Positions 29,378-38,255 of a stretch of DNA of 55,549 bases are shown here, one piece after another (position 1 is the stretch's first letter; each line of letters starts with the position of its first letter). The translations under genes were made by a program, and so were the position numbers. The DNA is from an uncultured Eubacteriales bacterium (GTDB taxonomy: Bacteria; Bacillota; Clostridia; Christensenellales; CAG-138), in assembly GCA_902802805.1 (NCBI GenBank), contig CADCNE010000011.1:1-55549 (forward strand), given 5' to 3'. The notes beneath the pieces are model-generated. The model did not search any database and was not told where the DNA came from. It worked only from the letters and a program-made list of their open reading frames with translations.

Positions 29378-29869
29378 ATGGCAAACCTTATCACAGGCAT
29401 ACGCGTATTGGCGAGCGTCGGGCTGCTGTTCTACCCGGCGCTTTCTCCGTCCTTTTTCGCCCTGTATCTGCTGGCTGGCCTTACCGATATGATCGACGGC
29501 CCCGTGGCGCGAAAGACCCATACCGCCACCGCCTTCGGCGCAAAGCTGGACACCTCGGCGGATATACTCTTTGCGGCGGTGTGCCTTGTCAAGCTTCTGC
29601 CGGTTTTGAACATCCCCCTATGGATGTTTATCTGGATCGGTCTCATCGCCCTCATAAAGATCATGAACATCGTCTCCGGCTTCGTGATACGGAAACGCTT
29701 TGTTTCCGTCCATACACCTATGAACAAAGCGACAGGAGCGCTTTTGTTTCTCCTGCCGCTGACGGTCTCCTGTATTGATTTGAGATATACAGCGCCCATC
29801 GTCTGCGCTGTCGCCACCTTTGCCGCCCTTCAGGAGGGCCATCTCATTCGAACGGGACGCAGGGAATAG
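29378..29869 (+). CDS. CDP-alcohol phosphatidyltransferase family protein
   Basis: ANLITGIR and DMIDGPVAR...FGAKLDTSAD signature. Confidence 0.9.
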   Translation: MANLITGIRVLASVGLLFYPALSPSFFALYLLAGLTDMIDGPVARKTHTATAFGAKLDTSADILFAAVCLVKLLPVLNIPLWMFIWIGLIALIKIMNIVSGFVIRKRFVSVHTPMNKATGALLFLLPLTVSCIDLRYTAPIVCAVATFAALQEGHLIRTGRRE

Positions 29870-29877
29870 AGGGATGC

Positions 29878-30546
29878 TTATCTGTCAGACGGCTGCGCTA
29901 TCCCGAATCCGGCGAGCTCGCTGACCGGCAACGAGAAGGCGATCGCGCCCGCTTTGGTGTCGGGGCCGGCCTGTTCGATGATGGCCTTCATGATGGCGGC
30001 CTTCTGGCTGGCGGCGGACACGATGAGGATGACCTCCTTCTCCGCGGCGATGGAGACCTTGTAGAACTTTTCCGCGTTCTTGCTCCCGGTGCCTAAGCCG
30101 TGGATCACCGTGCCGCCCCGGGCTCCGGCGGAGCGGGCCGCATCCATGACCTGGTCCGTGGCGCCCTGGTTGGCGATGATCATGATGAGCTCGTAATCAT
30201 AGTTGAGGGTGGGCAGGCCCTTTACGTTTTGCCCGTTGGATAAGAATGCCAATGTCTTGCTGCCTCCTACGCTCTTGATGGGGACTGAGACGGTGATGCC
30301 GTTGCCCGGCGCGTCGATGTAGAGCCGTTTTCGCTGTTCCTGGATGAGCTGCTTCGTCTGTTCGGGACTGGCCACGGTTATGAACAGCCGCCGGTCCTTG
30401 GATTCCATGCCCAACAGATCCAACATGCTCTTTGTGGCCGTGCCCCGGCAGGGAATGGAAAGGACGATGGGCAGGCCCATCTCCTCACAGAGCTTTTGCA
30501 TGATGTTGGCCCCCAGAGGGTGGACCACAGAGATCACATAGTTCAT
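29878..30546 (-). CDS. Tandem P-II-like regulator (DUF1538-associated)
   Basis: Two P-II-like halves; VMDAARSAGARGGT, EKEVILIV, GAIAFSLPV. Confidence 0.85.
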   Translation of the reverse strand: MNYVISVVHPLGANIMQKLCEEMGLPIVLSIPCRGTATKSMLDLLGMESKDRRLFITVASPEQTKQLIQEQRKRLYIDAPGNGITVSVPIKSVGGSKTLAFLSNGQNVKGLPTLNYDYELIMIIANQGATDQVMDAARSAGARGGTVIHGLGTGSKNAEKFYKVSIAAEKEVILIVSAASQKAAIMKAIIEQAGPDTKAGAIAFSLPVSELAGFGIAQPSDR

Positions 30547-31992
30547 GCAGCCACCTCCCAAAGCTCAATGATATCCGCTTCGCCGTAGATCTCCGCCCGA
30601 GCTGCACGCCGTCGTTCCTGAATGGCCGCCCGGACGCCCAGCAGCTGGATGGTGATGAGGGGCATCATGGCCACCATGGCTACGATCCCGAAGGCGTCGG
30701 AGAGAACGTTGCCCCCAAGGGCACTGCTGGCGCCGATCATGAACTGCAGCATGAAGGCGGCGGTCATGGGCCCCGAGGCCACGCCGCCGGAGTCAAAGGC
30801 GATGGCAGTGTAGATGTCCGGCACGAAAAAGGAGAGGGCCAGGGAGATGACGTATCCGGGGATCAGGAAGTAGAGCAAAGATAGCCCTGTCAACACCCGC
30901 AGCATGGACACGCCCATAGCGAGGGCGATGGCTACGGACAGGCCCAGCTGGATGGATCTGCCGGAGATAGCCCCGGAGCTCACCTGCTCGATCTGCTTTC
31001 GCAGCACCTGTACCGCCGGCTCCGCGGAGATGATGAACCACCCCAGCAGCATACTGAGCGGCACCATGAAATACCGCAGCGGGCCCTGGGTCAACGCCGT
31101 GCCAAGAACGCTGCCTAACGAGGCGAAGCCCACGTTCACCCCCGTCAAAAACAGCACCAGGCCCAGATACGTGAAACCGACGCCCATCAGGATCTTCCAA
31201 AAGCTCCGCCGATTCATGTGGAAACTGATGATTTGGAACACCAGGAAGATGATCAGGATGGGCAGCAGGGCTATTGCCGTTTCCTTTAGATATTCAGGCA
31301 GAGCAAACAGATACGAATACCCCAGCGCCGTGGTGGTCTCGTGGGCAGTGATAACGGAGGATACAGCGCCCTCTCCCTGGCCGTAAAAGAGGCTCAGCAC
31401 CAGCACCGAAAGGATGGGCCCTACGGAGCAGAGGGAGACCAGGCCGAAGCTGTCGGACTCCGCGTTGCTGTCGCTTCGGATGTGGCTGACGCCCACGCCC
31501 ATGGCCAGGATGGCGCAACACCAGTCCGTAGAGGCCCAGCAGCAGATACCGGAGCTTCACGCCGGTGAGGATGCGGAACATGGCCAGAGCCAAAAACAGC
31601 CCAACGCCTGCGCCTACCACGATGAGCAGCACTACGGTGTCGATGTGGGGCACGGAGTTTGCAAGGACCTGCAGATCCGGTTCGGAGACCGTCACCGCCA
31701 TGCCCAACACGAAACTGACGATCAGGATCAGCGGCAGCTTCCTGGATTTCGTCAGGGTGGAGCCGATCTTGCCGCCGATGGGGCTCATGGAGCTTTCCGC
31801 ACCCACGGTGAACAGGCCCATGCCCGCCACCACGAACAGCGACCCTACCAGGAAGGACAGCATGTGCCCCGTGGGCAGCGGCGTCACGAAAAGACACAGC
31901 AAACACACGATGACCAGGATGGGCAGCACCGAATTGATGCTCTCCTGCACCTTGTCCGCGATCATAGCCTTTTGTTTATTCAACTCGTTCAT
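30543..31992 (-). pseudogene. DUF1538 membrane transporter (two repeats) with internal deletion/frameshift near 31515
   Basis: SEPDLQVLA, DSFGLV, AEPAV, AFDSGGVASGPMT; first-repeat FDSGG segment absent and frame changes at the junction. Confidence 0.85.
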
Positions 31993-32052
31993 GTCAAACA
32001 AAGTATACTATAGCCGAAAGAAAAAGGAAAGATGAGAAAAGCAAGTTTTCTG

Positions 32053-32081
32053 TTGCGTCAAAATGGCCGGCTATGTATAAT
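32053..32081 (+). promoter_or_regulatory. Sigma-A-like promoter of queA
   Basis: TTGCGT-17 nt-TATAAT. Confidence 0.55.
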
Positions 32082-32109
32082 AGGGAGGAATCTGCTGCAG
32101 AGGTGTATT

Positions 32110-33135
32110 TTGAAGACAAGCGACTTTTACTATGACCTGCCCAGGGAGCTGATCGCTCAGACCCCCGCGCCTGTGCGCAGTGAGTCTAGGCTCCTCATAT
32201 ACAATAGAAAGGACAGCTCCATCACGGACGGCGTGTTCACCGACGTGCTGGACTATCTGTGCCCCGGGGACGTGCTGGTGCGCAACAACACCCGGGTCAT
32301 CCCCGCTCGGCTCATCGGCCATCGGCCCGAAACCGGCGGCACCATGGAGTTTTTGCTGCTGAGCCGGTTGGAGGGCGACGAGTGGGAATGTCTCTGCAAG
32401 CCCGCCAAGCGGGCCAAGGTGGGCACGGTCTACGAGGTCACGCCGGAGCTTTCCGTGAAGGTCCTGGGGGACGCCCCAATGGACGGCGGCAAGCGGGTGG
32501 AGCTTCTTTACGACGGCATCTTTGAGGAGGTACTGGACCGGGCGGGGCAGATGCCCCTGCCGCCCTATATCACGGAGCGCCTTGAAGACAAGGAGCGGTA
32601 TCAGACCGTCTACGCCGTGACCCGGGGCAGCGCCGCTGCCCCCACCGCGGGCCTTCACTTCACGAAGGAGCTGCTTGCCGCCATCGAGGCGAAGGGCGTA
32701 AAGATCGTGGACGTATTATTGCACGTGGGCCTTGGCACCTTCCGTCCGGTCAGCGAGGAGAACATCGAGGACCACAAGATGCATCAGGAGTTCTACCGGG
32801 TCACCGAGGCGGCCGCGAAGACCATCAACGACGCCCGGGCCGCCGGGGGCCGGATCGTCTGCGTGGGCACCACCTCTGTTCGTACGTTGGAGAGCGTCGC
32901 CACAGACGACGGCGTGATCCATCCGGGCAGCGGCTACACCGGCATCTACATCACCCCCGGCTATCGTTATAGGGCCGTGGACGCCCTGATCACCAACTTT
33001 CACCTGCCGGAGAGCACCCTCCTCATGCTGGTCTCCGCCTTCGCGGGCCGGGAGGAGGTCCTGCGGGTCTACGAACACGCGGTGAAGGAAAGATACCGGT
33101 TCTTCAGCTTTGGCGACGCGATGCTCATCTCATGA
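32110..33135 (+). CDS. queA: S-adenosylmethionine:tRNA ribosyltransferase-isomerase
   Basis: DFYYDLP..LIAQ, PLPPYI, AAPTAGLHFT, LHVGLGTF, YRFFSFGDAM. Confidence 0.97.
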   Translation: MKTSDFYYDLPRELIAQTPAPVRSESRLLIYNRKDSSITDGVFTDVLDYLCPGDVLVRNNTRVIPARLIGHRPETGGTMEFLLLSRLEGDEWECLCKPAKRAKVGTVYEVTPELSVKVLGDAPMDGGKRVELLYDGIFEEVLDRAGQMPLPPYITERLEDKERYQTVYAVTRGSAAAPTAGLHFTKELLAAIEAKGVKIVDVLLHVGLGTFRPVSEENIEDHKMHQEFYRVTEAAAKTINDARAAGGRIVCVGTTSVRTLESVATDDGVIHPGSGYTGIYITPGYRYRAVDALITNFHLPESTLLMLVSAFAGREEVLRVYEHAVKERYRFFSFGDAMLIS

Positions 33136-33141
33136 AGCCGG

Positions 33142-33894
33142 CTATTGTCGGTCCAGCCGCTGCTTTCCGTAACCCACCACGTCATGGAGCAGGATCTGTT
33201 CCCTGAATCCCTTGGGCGTGACCCACATGGCGCCTTCCTCGTTGACGTGTACGAGCTCGCCGGCTGCCTGCAGCAGTTCGGAGGTGGCAAGGATCTGTCC
33301 GCCCGCGGCGAAGCCCTGTACGCGGGAGGCGAGATTGACGTTGCGGCCGATCATATCATACTTCATCCGGGTCTGGGAGCCGATATTCCCAAGGATCGCC
33401 TCCCCGGTGTGCAGACCGATCCCCATCTCGATGTTCGGGTAATGATGCTCCCGGTTCCATGCGTTCACCGCCGGCATGCGCCTCTGCATGGCGACAGCGC
33501 ATGCCACGGCGTCGCGGGCGGAGAGCTCATTGGGATGCGGCGCGCCGAAGACCGCCACGATCGCGTCGCCGGCAAATTCCAGGATGTTGCCCTGCCAGGC
33601 GTTGATGATCTCGATCATCTCTTCAAAAAAATGATTGAGCATGTTCAGAAAGGATACGGGGTCCATCTCTTCGGAAAGCTGGGTGGAACAGCGCAGATCC
33701 GTGAACATCATGCTCACGATCCTGCGTTCCCCGCCGATCTTCAGGCCGTCTTCGCCGGACATGATTTCTTCAAGCACTTCGTCGGTCAGATAGCGGCCGA
33801 AGGTGTTGCGAATAAAAGCATCTCTGGCAAAGAGAGCCTCTTTCAAATGCACGTTTTCCCTCTGGAGCACTGTGATATCCGAATGATCCATCAT
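33142..33894 (-). CDS. Class III nucleotidyl cyclase (adenylate/guanylate cyclase family), no sensor domain
   Basis: FGRYL, MFTDLRCST, ILEFAGDAIVAVFGAP, GIGLHTG..GNIGS, YDMIGRNVNLASR. Confidence 0.93.
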   Translation of the reverse strand: MMDHSDITVLQRENVHLKEALFARDAFIRNTFGRYLTDEVLEEIMSGEDGLKIGGERRIVSMMFTDLRCSTQLSEEMDPVSFLNMLNHFFEEMIEIINAWQGNILEFAGDAIVAVFGAPHPNELSARDAVACAVAMQRRMPAVNAWNREHHYPNIEMGIGLHTGEAILGNIGSQTRMKYDMIGRNVNLASRVQGFAAGGQILATSELLQAAGELVHVNEEGAMWVTPKGFREQILLHDVVGYGKQRLDRQ

Positions 33895-34688
33895 ATTTCG
33901 ATCTCCTCTCCTTCACGGGCATAGCGGATGCGCTCGCTGTTGAACCGACGTTCCCTGCGCAGAAGCTCCTCGTCGGATGCCTGCGGATCGTGGTGGATCA
34001 GAAGAAGCCGCTTCGCGCCGCAGCGCTCCATGAGCTCAACTCCCTTCTCCGCCGTGGAGTGGCCGAAGCCCTTTTTGGTGATGGAGTCTTTCTCGGTGAA
34101 CTGTCCGTCATAGAGCAGTAGGTCAGCCCCGTCGCAAAACGAGATCAGTTTTGAAAAGAACGGGTCATCCGGTTCACAATCGGTGGCATAGACGAGGCGT
34201 TTGTCCCCATATTTCAGACGAAAGACCAGGCAGCCTCCCGGATGACGGCCTTCGATGCTCTCAACGGTCACATCCCCGATCCGCAGGGTCGGCTTGAGCG
34301 GCTCGAGAAGCAATGTCCCCTTGTACTCTGTGAGAGGGATCGGCCAGAAGGGAGGAGAGAACAGCTGTTGAAGCAGGGCTCGCATCTCATCTTCCGTATC
34401 CGCCCTGAACAGCAACCGGGTGATCGTCCCGTCCTGAGAGAGCCGTGGATACATGCCGAGCCCGATCACGTGATCGAGATGCAGATGGCTGAGCAAAATG
34501 ACCGGCGTTTTTTCAAACCGCGCAGGGGCCGAAACGAGGCCGGTGCCTCCGTCCAGAAAGATGGTCTCCGAGCCTGCCTGCACCATGTAGCACGAGGTGG
34601 CGCCGCCGAACCGGGACCGTTTTGTGTCGCTGACCGGCAGGGAGCCGCGTGCGCCTAAAACGGTCAGGCACATGTTGTGTTCCTTCAT
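33891..34688 (-). CDS. MBL-fold metallohydrolase, putative cyclic nucleotide phosphodiesterase
   Basis: LGARGS..FGGATSC, LDGGTG, SHLHLDH, HPGG, YATDCE, GHST, HHDP; RBS aaggagga; 4-nt overlap with cyclase. Confidence 0.9.
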   Translation of the reverse strand: MKEHNMCLTVLGARGSLPVSDTKRSRFGGATSCYMVQAGSETIFLDGGTGLVSAPARFEKTPVILLSHLHLDHVIGLGMYPRLSQDGTITRLLFRADTEDEMRALLQQLFSPPFWPIPLTEYKGTLLLEPLKPTLRIGDVTVESIEGRHPGGCLVFRLKYGDKRLVYATDCEPDDPFFSKLISFCDGADLLLYDGQFTEKDSITKKGFGHSTAEKGVELMERCGAKRLLLIHHDPQASDEELLRRERRFNSERIRYAREGEEIEI

Positions 34689-34784
34689 CTGCGTCCTCCT
34701 TGCGGTTTACTACTATATTTATACTACCACAGAGGCCGCCGTTTCAACTTTTTTTGTCGCTGTGAAAATCTTTTTCGACGTTTC

Positions 34785-34846
34785 TTGAATAATCCGATCC
34801 TATATGATATTCTATCCATGAACATATATGCACATCGCTGTGTGCA
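34785..34846 (+). promoter_or_regulatory. Promoter and palindrome upstream of cNMP-binding genes
   Basis: TTGAAT-17 nt-TATTCT (34785-34813) then TGCACA-N6-TGTGCA (34829-34846). Confidence 0.5.
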
Positions 34847-34866
34847 GTGGAAATGGAGGATACTAT

Positions 34867-35346
34867 ATGAGCGACACGAAGATCTACCGCCGCAATACCG
34901 TCGTTTTCCGTGAAGGGGATCCGGGCGATTGCATGTATCAGATCGAGACCGGCATGGTGGGGATATATCACGATTACGGCGGCAAGAACGAAACACAGAT
35001 CGCCACTCTCGACAGCGGCAAGGTGTTTGGAGAGATGGGGCTTCTGGATCATGCGCCCCGGTCTGCCACCGTGGTCGTGCTGGAAAAGGACACGATGCTG
35101 ACAAAGATCTCCGAGGAAAGCTTTCTGGCGTTCTTTGAAGAGAATCCTTATGTGATTCTCGACGTCATGCAGCAGATGTGCAATCGACTGCGCATGACGA
35201 CCAAGGCGTATACGGAGGCTTGCCATACGGTGTACGATGCGGTCGAGGCGGAGAAGAGCGGGCAGAAAAAGAGCCCTTCCCTGAAAGAACGCATCCAGGA
35301 GCTTTGCCGAGCCTATCGTGATTTTCGTTTTGATCTATTCTATTAA
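34867..35346 (+). CDS. Stand-alone cyclic nucleotide-binding domain protein 1
   Basis: VFREGDPGDCMYQIETG and phosphate-binding cassette FGEMGLLDHAPRSATV; RBS ggagg; no evident HTH. Confidence 0.92.
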   Translation: MSDTKIYRRNTVVFREGDPGDCMYQIETGMVGIYHDYGGKNETQIATLDSGKVFGEMGLLDHAPRSATVVVLEKDTMLTKISEESFLAFFEENPYVILDVMQQMCNRLRMTTKAYTEACHTVYDAVEAEKSGQKKSPSLKERIQELCRAYRDFRFDLFY

Positions 35347-35363
35347 GTGGGGAGAGCGATACC

Positions 35364-35825
35364 ATGAATACATTGACACTTCATTCCGGTGAGATCATTT
35401 TCCGGCAGAAAGACTTTGCCGAAAGCATGTTCGATATCGTCAGCGGCAAAGTCGGTATCTTCAGCAACTACGGGACCGATACGGAGACTAAGATCACGGA
35501 GCTTGGAGAGGGCCAGACCTTCGGCGAGATGGGCATGATCGAATACTTTCCGAGGTCGGCGACGGCCGTTGCCCTGGAGGAGACCGTTCTGACAGAGATC
35601 AAAGAGGAAGAACTGAAAACGTACTTCCGGGACAAGCCGGAAAAGCTGCTGCGGATCATGAAGCTGCTGAGTCAGCGCATACGCGAAACGAACGAAAAAT
35701 ACATCGCAGTTTGCCGGTCCGTCAGCGAGCATGAGTCGCTGGATACCATGGATCCGGATGCGATGGACGTTGCCTGGATCGAGATGGAACGGTACGCCAT
35801 GGACTATTGGCTCCACTGGCACTGA
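35364..35825 (+). CDS. Stand-alone cyclic nucleotide-binding domain protein 2
   Basis: GEIIFRQKD..MFDIVSGKV and FGEMGMIEYFPRSATA; no evident HTH. Confidence 0.92.
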   Translation: MNTLTLHSGEIIFRQKDFAESMFDIVSGKVGIFSNYGTDTETKITELGEGQTFGEMGMIEYFPRSATAVALEETVLTEIKEEELKTYFRDKPEKLLRIMKLLSQRIRETNEKYIAVCRSVSEHESLDTMDPDAMDVAWIEMERYAMDYWLHWH

Positions 35826-35898
35826 GCTTTTTGAGACCCGGAGGTGGTCGCCGCTCGTTTCGGGGAACGGGCGCTGACCGCGGCTGACGCAAACAAGG

Positions 35899-36002
35899 TT
35901 GCAATTTGATGGTCCCGGCCGTATAATACGGAATAGGCCAGATGGAAACGAAGAACAGGGATCGTGACGGCATGGCTTTCGCATGTGGGCCATGCCGTTT
36001 TT
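35899..36002 (+). promoter_or_regulatory. Promoter followed by terminator-like hairpin in the tgt leader
   Basis: TTGCAA-17 nt-TATAAT (35899-35927); acggcatggc/gccatgccgt stem plus T tract (35967-36002). Confidence 0.55.
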
Positions 36003-36091
36003 GATTGGAAGAAGGGCAAGCGTCCGCCGACAGGGATCGGCGTTTGCCGAGGAACAGGCAGTTGCGTGTCTGTTTGATTGAGAGATCGGAC

Positions 36092-37207
36092 ATGAACGAG
36101 AATTTCAAGTTTGAAGTGCTGCACGTGGACAAGCAGACCGGGGCGCGTCTCGGTCGCCTCCACACCCCCCATGGGGACATCGACACCCCCGTATACATGC
36201 CTGTGGGCACCCAGGCCACGGTGAAGGCCATGACGCCCCGGGACGTGGAGGAGACGGGGGCGTCCATCCTCCTGTCCAACACCTACCACCTGTACCTCAG
36301 GCCCGGCCATCGGCTGGTGGAGCAGGCTGGCGGTTTACACAAGTTTATGCACTGGGACAGGCCCATCCTGACGGACAGCGGCGGCTTCCAGGTCTTCTCC
36401 CTGGCCAAGAAGGGGGATATCCACGAGGACGGCGTGCTGTTTCGCTCCCATATCGACGGCAGCAAGCACCTGTTCACCCCGGAGAGCGTCATGGCTGTGG
36501 AGCAGGCTCTTGGCGCGGACATCGCCATGTGCTTCGACGAGTGCGCCCCCGGCACGGCGGACTATCGCTACGCCGTGAAGGCCATGGATCGGACCCATCG
36601 CTGGGCGGAGCGTTGCCGGGAGGTCCACACCCGCCCCGATCAGGCTCTCTTCGGCATCGTTCAGGGCTGCGTCTACGAGGACCTCAGGATCGAAAGCGCA
36701 AAGACCCTGGCGTCCATGGACTTCCCCGGCTACGGCATCGGGGGCCTCTCCGTGGGCGAGCCCAAGGAAAAGATGTACGAGATGCTGGACGCCATCCGGC
36801 CCTACATGCCCGAGAACAAGCCCCGGTACCTTATGGGCGTGGGCAGCCCCGATTGCCTCATCGAGGGGGTCCTGCGGGGCGTCGATATGTTCGACTGCGT
36901 GCTTCAGACCCGGGCGGCCAGGAACGGCCTGGCCCTCACCCGCAAGGGGCGGATCATGCTCCGCAACCAGACCTACGCCGAGGACTTCTCGCCCATCGAG
37001 GAGGGCTGCGACTGCTACGCCTGCCGCAACTTCTCCCGGGCCTACATCCGCCACCTCATCAAGGCGGAGGAGATCCTCTCCGGCACCCTCATCACCATGC
37101 ACAACATCCGCTTCTCCGTACGGCTCATGGCGGACATCCGCCGGGCCATCGCGGAGGATCGGTTCGGCGACTTTGCCAAAGAGCTGTTGGAGGTCAAGCT
37201 GTTCTGA
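36092..37207 (+). CDS. tgt: tRNA-guanine transglycosylase (preQ1-type)
   Basis: [35 protein letters not shown], zinc CDCYAC. Confidence 0.97.
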   Translation: MNENFKFEVLHVDKQTGARLGRLHTPHGDIDTPVYMPVGTQATVKAMTPRDVEETGASILLSNTYHLYLRPGHRLVEQAGGLHKFMHWDRPILTDSGGFQVFSLAKKGDIHEDGVLFRSHIDGSKHLFTPESVMAVEQALGADIAMCFDECAPGTADYRYAVKAMDRTHRWAERCREVHTRPDQALFGIVQGCVYEDLRIESAKTLASMDFPGYGIGGLSVGEPKEKMYEMLDAIRPYMPENKPRYLMGVGSPDCLIEGVLRGVDMFDCVLQTRAARNGLALTRKGRIMLRNQTYAEDFSPIEEGCDCYACRNFSRAYIRHLIKAEEILSGTLITMHNIRFSVRLMADIRRAIAEDRFGDFAKELLEVKLF

Positions 37208-37656
37208 TGGAACGGACGCTGACGCTGAAAACCGAACAGGACATGGAAGCCCTGGGCTCCCGCATCGCCCGAGCCTTGCCTACGGGCGGCTTCGTGGCCC
37301 TCTGCGGCGACCTGGGGGCGGGGAAGACCGTCCTCTGCCGCGGCGCGGGCCGGGCTCTGGGTCTCGACCATCTCAGCAGCCCCACCTTCACCATCGTCCA
37401 GGAGTACCCAACTGTCCCGCCTCTGTTCCACTTCGACGCCTATCGGCTGGCGGATGAAGACGAGCTGTACGCCATGGGCTTTGAGGACTATCTCGAGCGG
37501 AGTGGCCTGATTCTCATGGAGTGGGCGGACCGGGTAACCGGCGCCCTGCCCCGGGAGCGGCTGGACATCGAGATCGTGGGCAGCGGCGCGGACGAACGCA
37601 TGGTGCGGCTCCTGCCCCACGGGGATGTATATGAAGGACTGGTGAAAAACCTATGA
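37207..37656 (+). CDS. tsaE: t6A biosynthesis ATPase TsaE
   Basis: GDLGAGKT, SSPTFTIV, HFDAYRL, MEW. Confidence 0.95.
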   Translation: MERTLTLKTEQDMEALGSRIARALPTGGFVALCGDLGAGKTVLCRGAGRALGLDHLSSPTFTIVQEYPTVPPLFHFDAYRLADEDELYAMGFEDYLERSGLILMEWADRVTGALPRERLDIEIVGSGADERMVRLLPHGDVYEGLVKNL

Positions 37657-38255
37657 CCATACTTGCTTTGGAGACTACGGATAAAGTGGCCTCGGTGGCT
37701 TTGCTGACGGACAGCGGCTGCCGGGAGATGCGGATCGACAGCCCCCTGCGGCATGAGGAGACCGTCATGCCGGCGGTGGACGAGCTGCTGGCGGAAGCGG
37801 GCCTTGCCCCCGCCAACTTGACCACCATTGCGGTGGACGTGGGCCCCGGCTCCTTCACGGGGGTCCGCATCGGCGTCTGCCACGGCAATGCCATGGCATT
37901 GGCCCTGAGACTGCCTATCGTAGCTGTGAATGCTCTCGAAGCCCTGGCCTTTCCGTTGCTGGGCGGCAAAGTCCCGGTGGCGGCGATCATCGACGCCCGG
38001 AACGGCAACGGCTACGGGGCCCTCTACGCCCCCGACGGCGCTGTCCTGATCCCGCCCTGCGCCATGGAGATCGAACCCTTTTTGCAGAGCCTGCCGGAGG
38101 ATGCCATCCTCACCGGCACCGGATTCCCCGGCGCGGACGGGGCCCTGCCCCTGGCTGACAGTGTCGCCCGGATCGCCGCGGACCGGGCGGGGGAGAGGGC
38201 GGCGAGCCCCCTGTATCTTCGGCCCTCTCAGGCGGAAAGGAAGCAGAAGGCATGA
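37653..38255 (+). CDS. tsaB: t6A biosynthesis protein TsaB
   Basis: ILALET, GPGSFTGVRIG, IDAR, PLYLR. Confidence 0.95.
   Translation: MTILALETTDKVASVALLTDSGCREMRIDSPLRHEETVMPAVDELLAEAGLAPANLTTIAVDVGPGSFTGVRIGVCHGNAMALALRLPIVAVNALEALAFPLLGGKVPVAAIIDARNGNGYGALYAPDGAVLIPPCAMEIEPFLQSLPEDAILTGTGFPGADGALPLADSVARIAADRAGERAASPLYLRPSQAERKQKA

Noticed and set aside
34761-34780. CRP box in the divergent promoter
   Set aside because: Only the TGTGA half-site is present, and the neighbouring CNB proteins lack an HTH.
33142-35825. Calling the module a canonical Pycsar system
   Set aside because: No TIR or transmembrane effector is fused to the CNB domains, the layout is divergent and the cyclase resembles Cya2-type enzymes; kept only as an alternative to test.
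35928-36091. Known preQ1 riboswitch before tgt (or before queA)
   Set aside because: No preQ1-I stem-loop with A-rich tail is recognisable by eye; an Rfam scan is needed for other classes.
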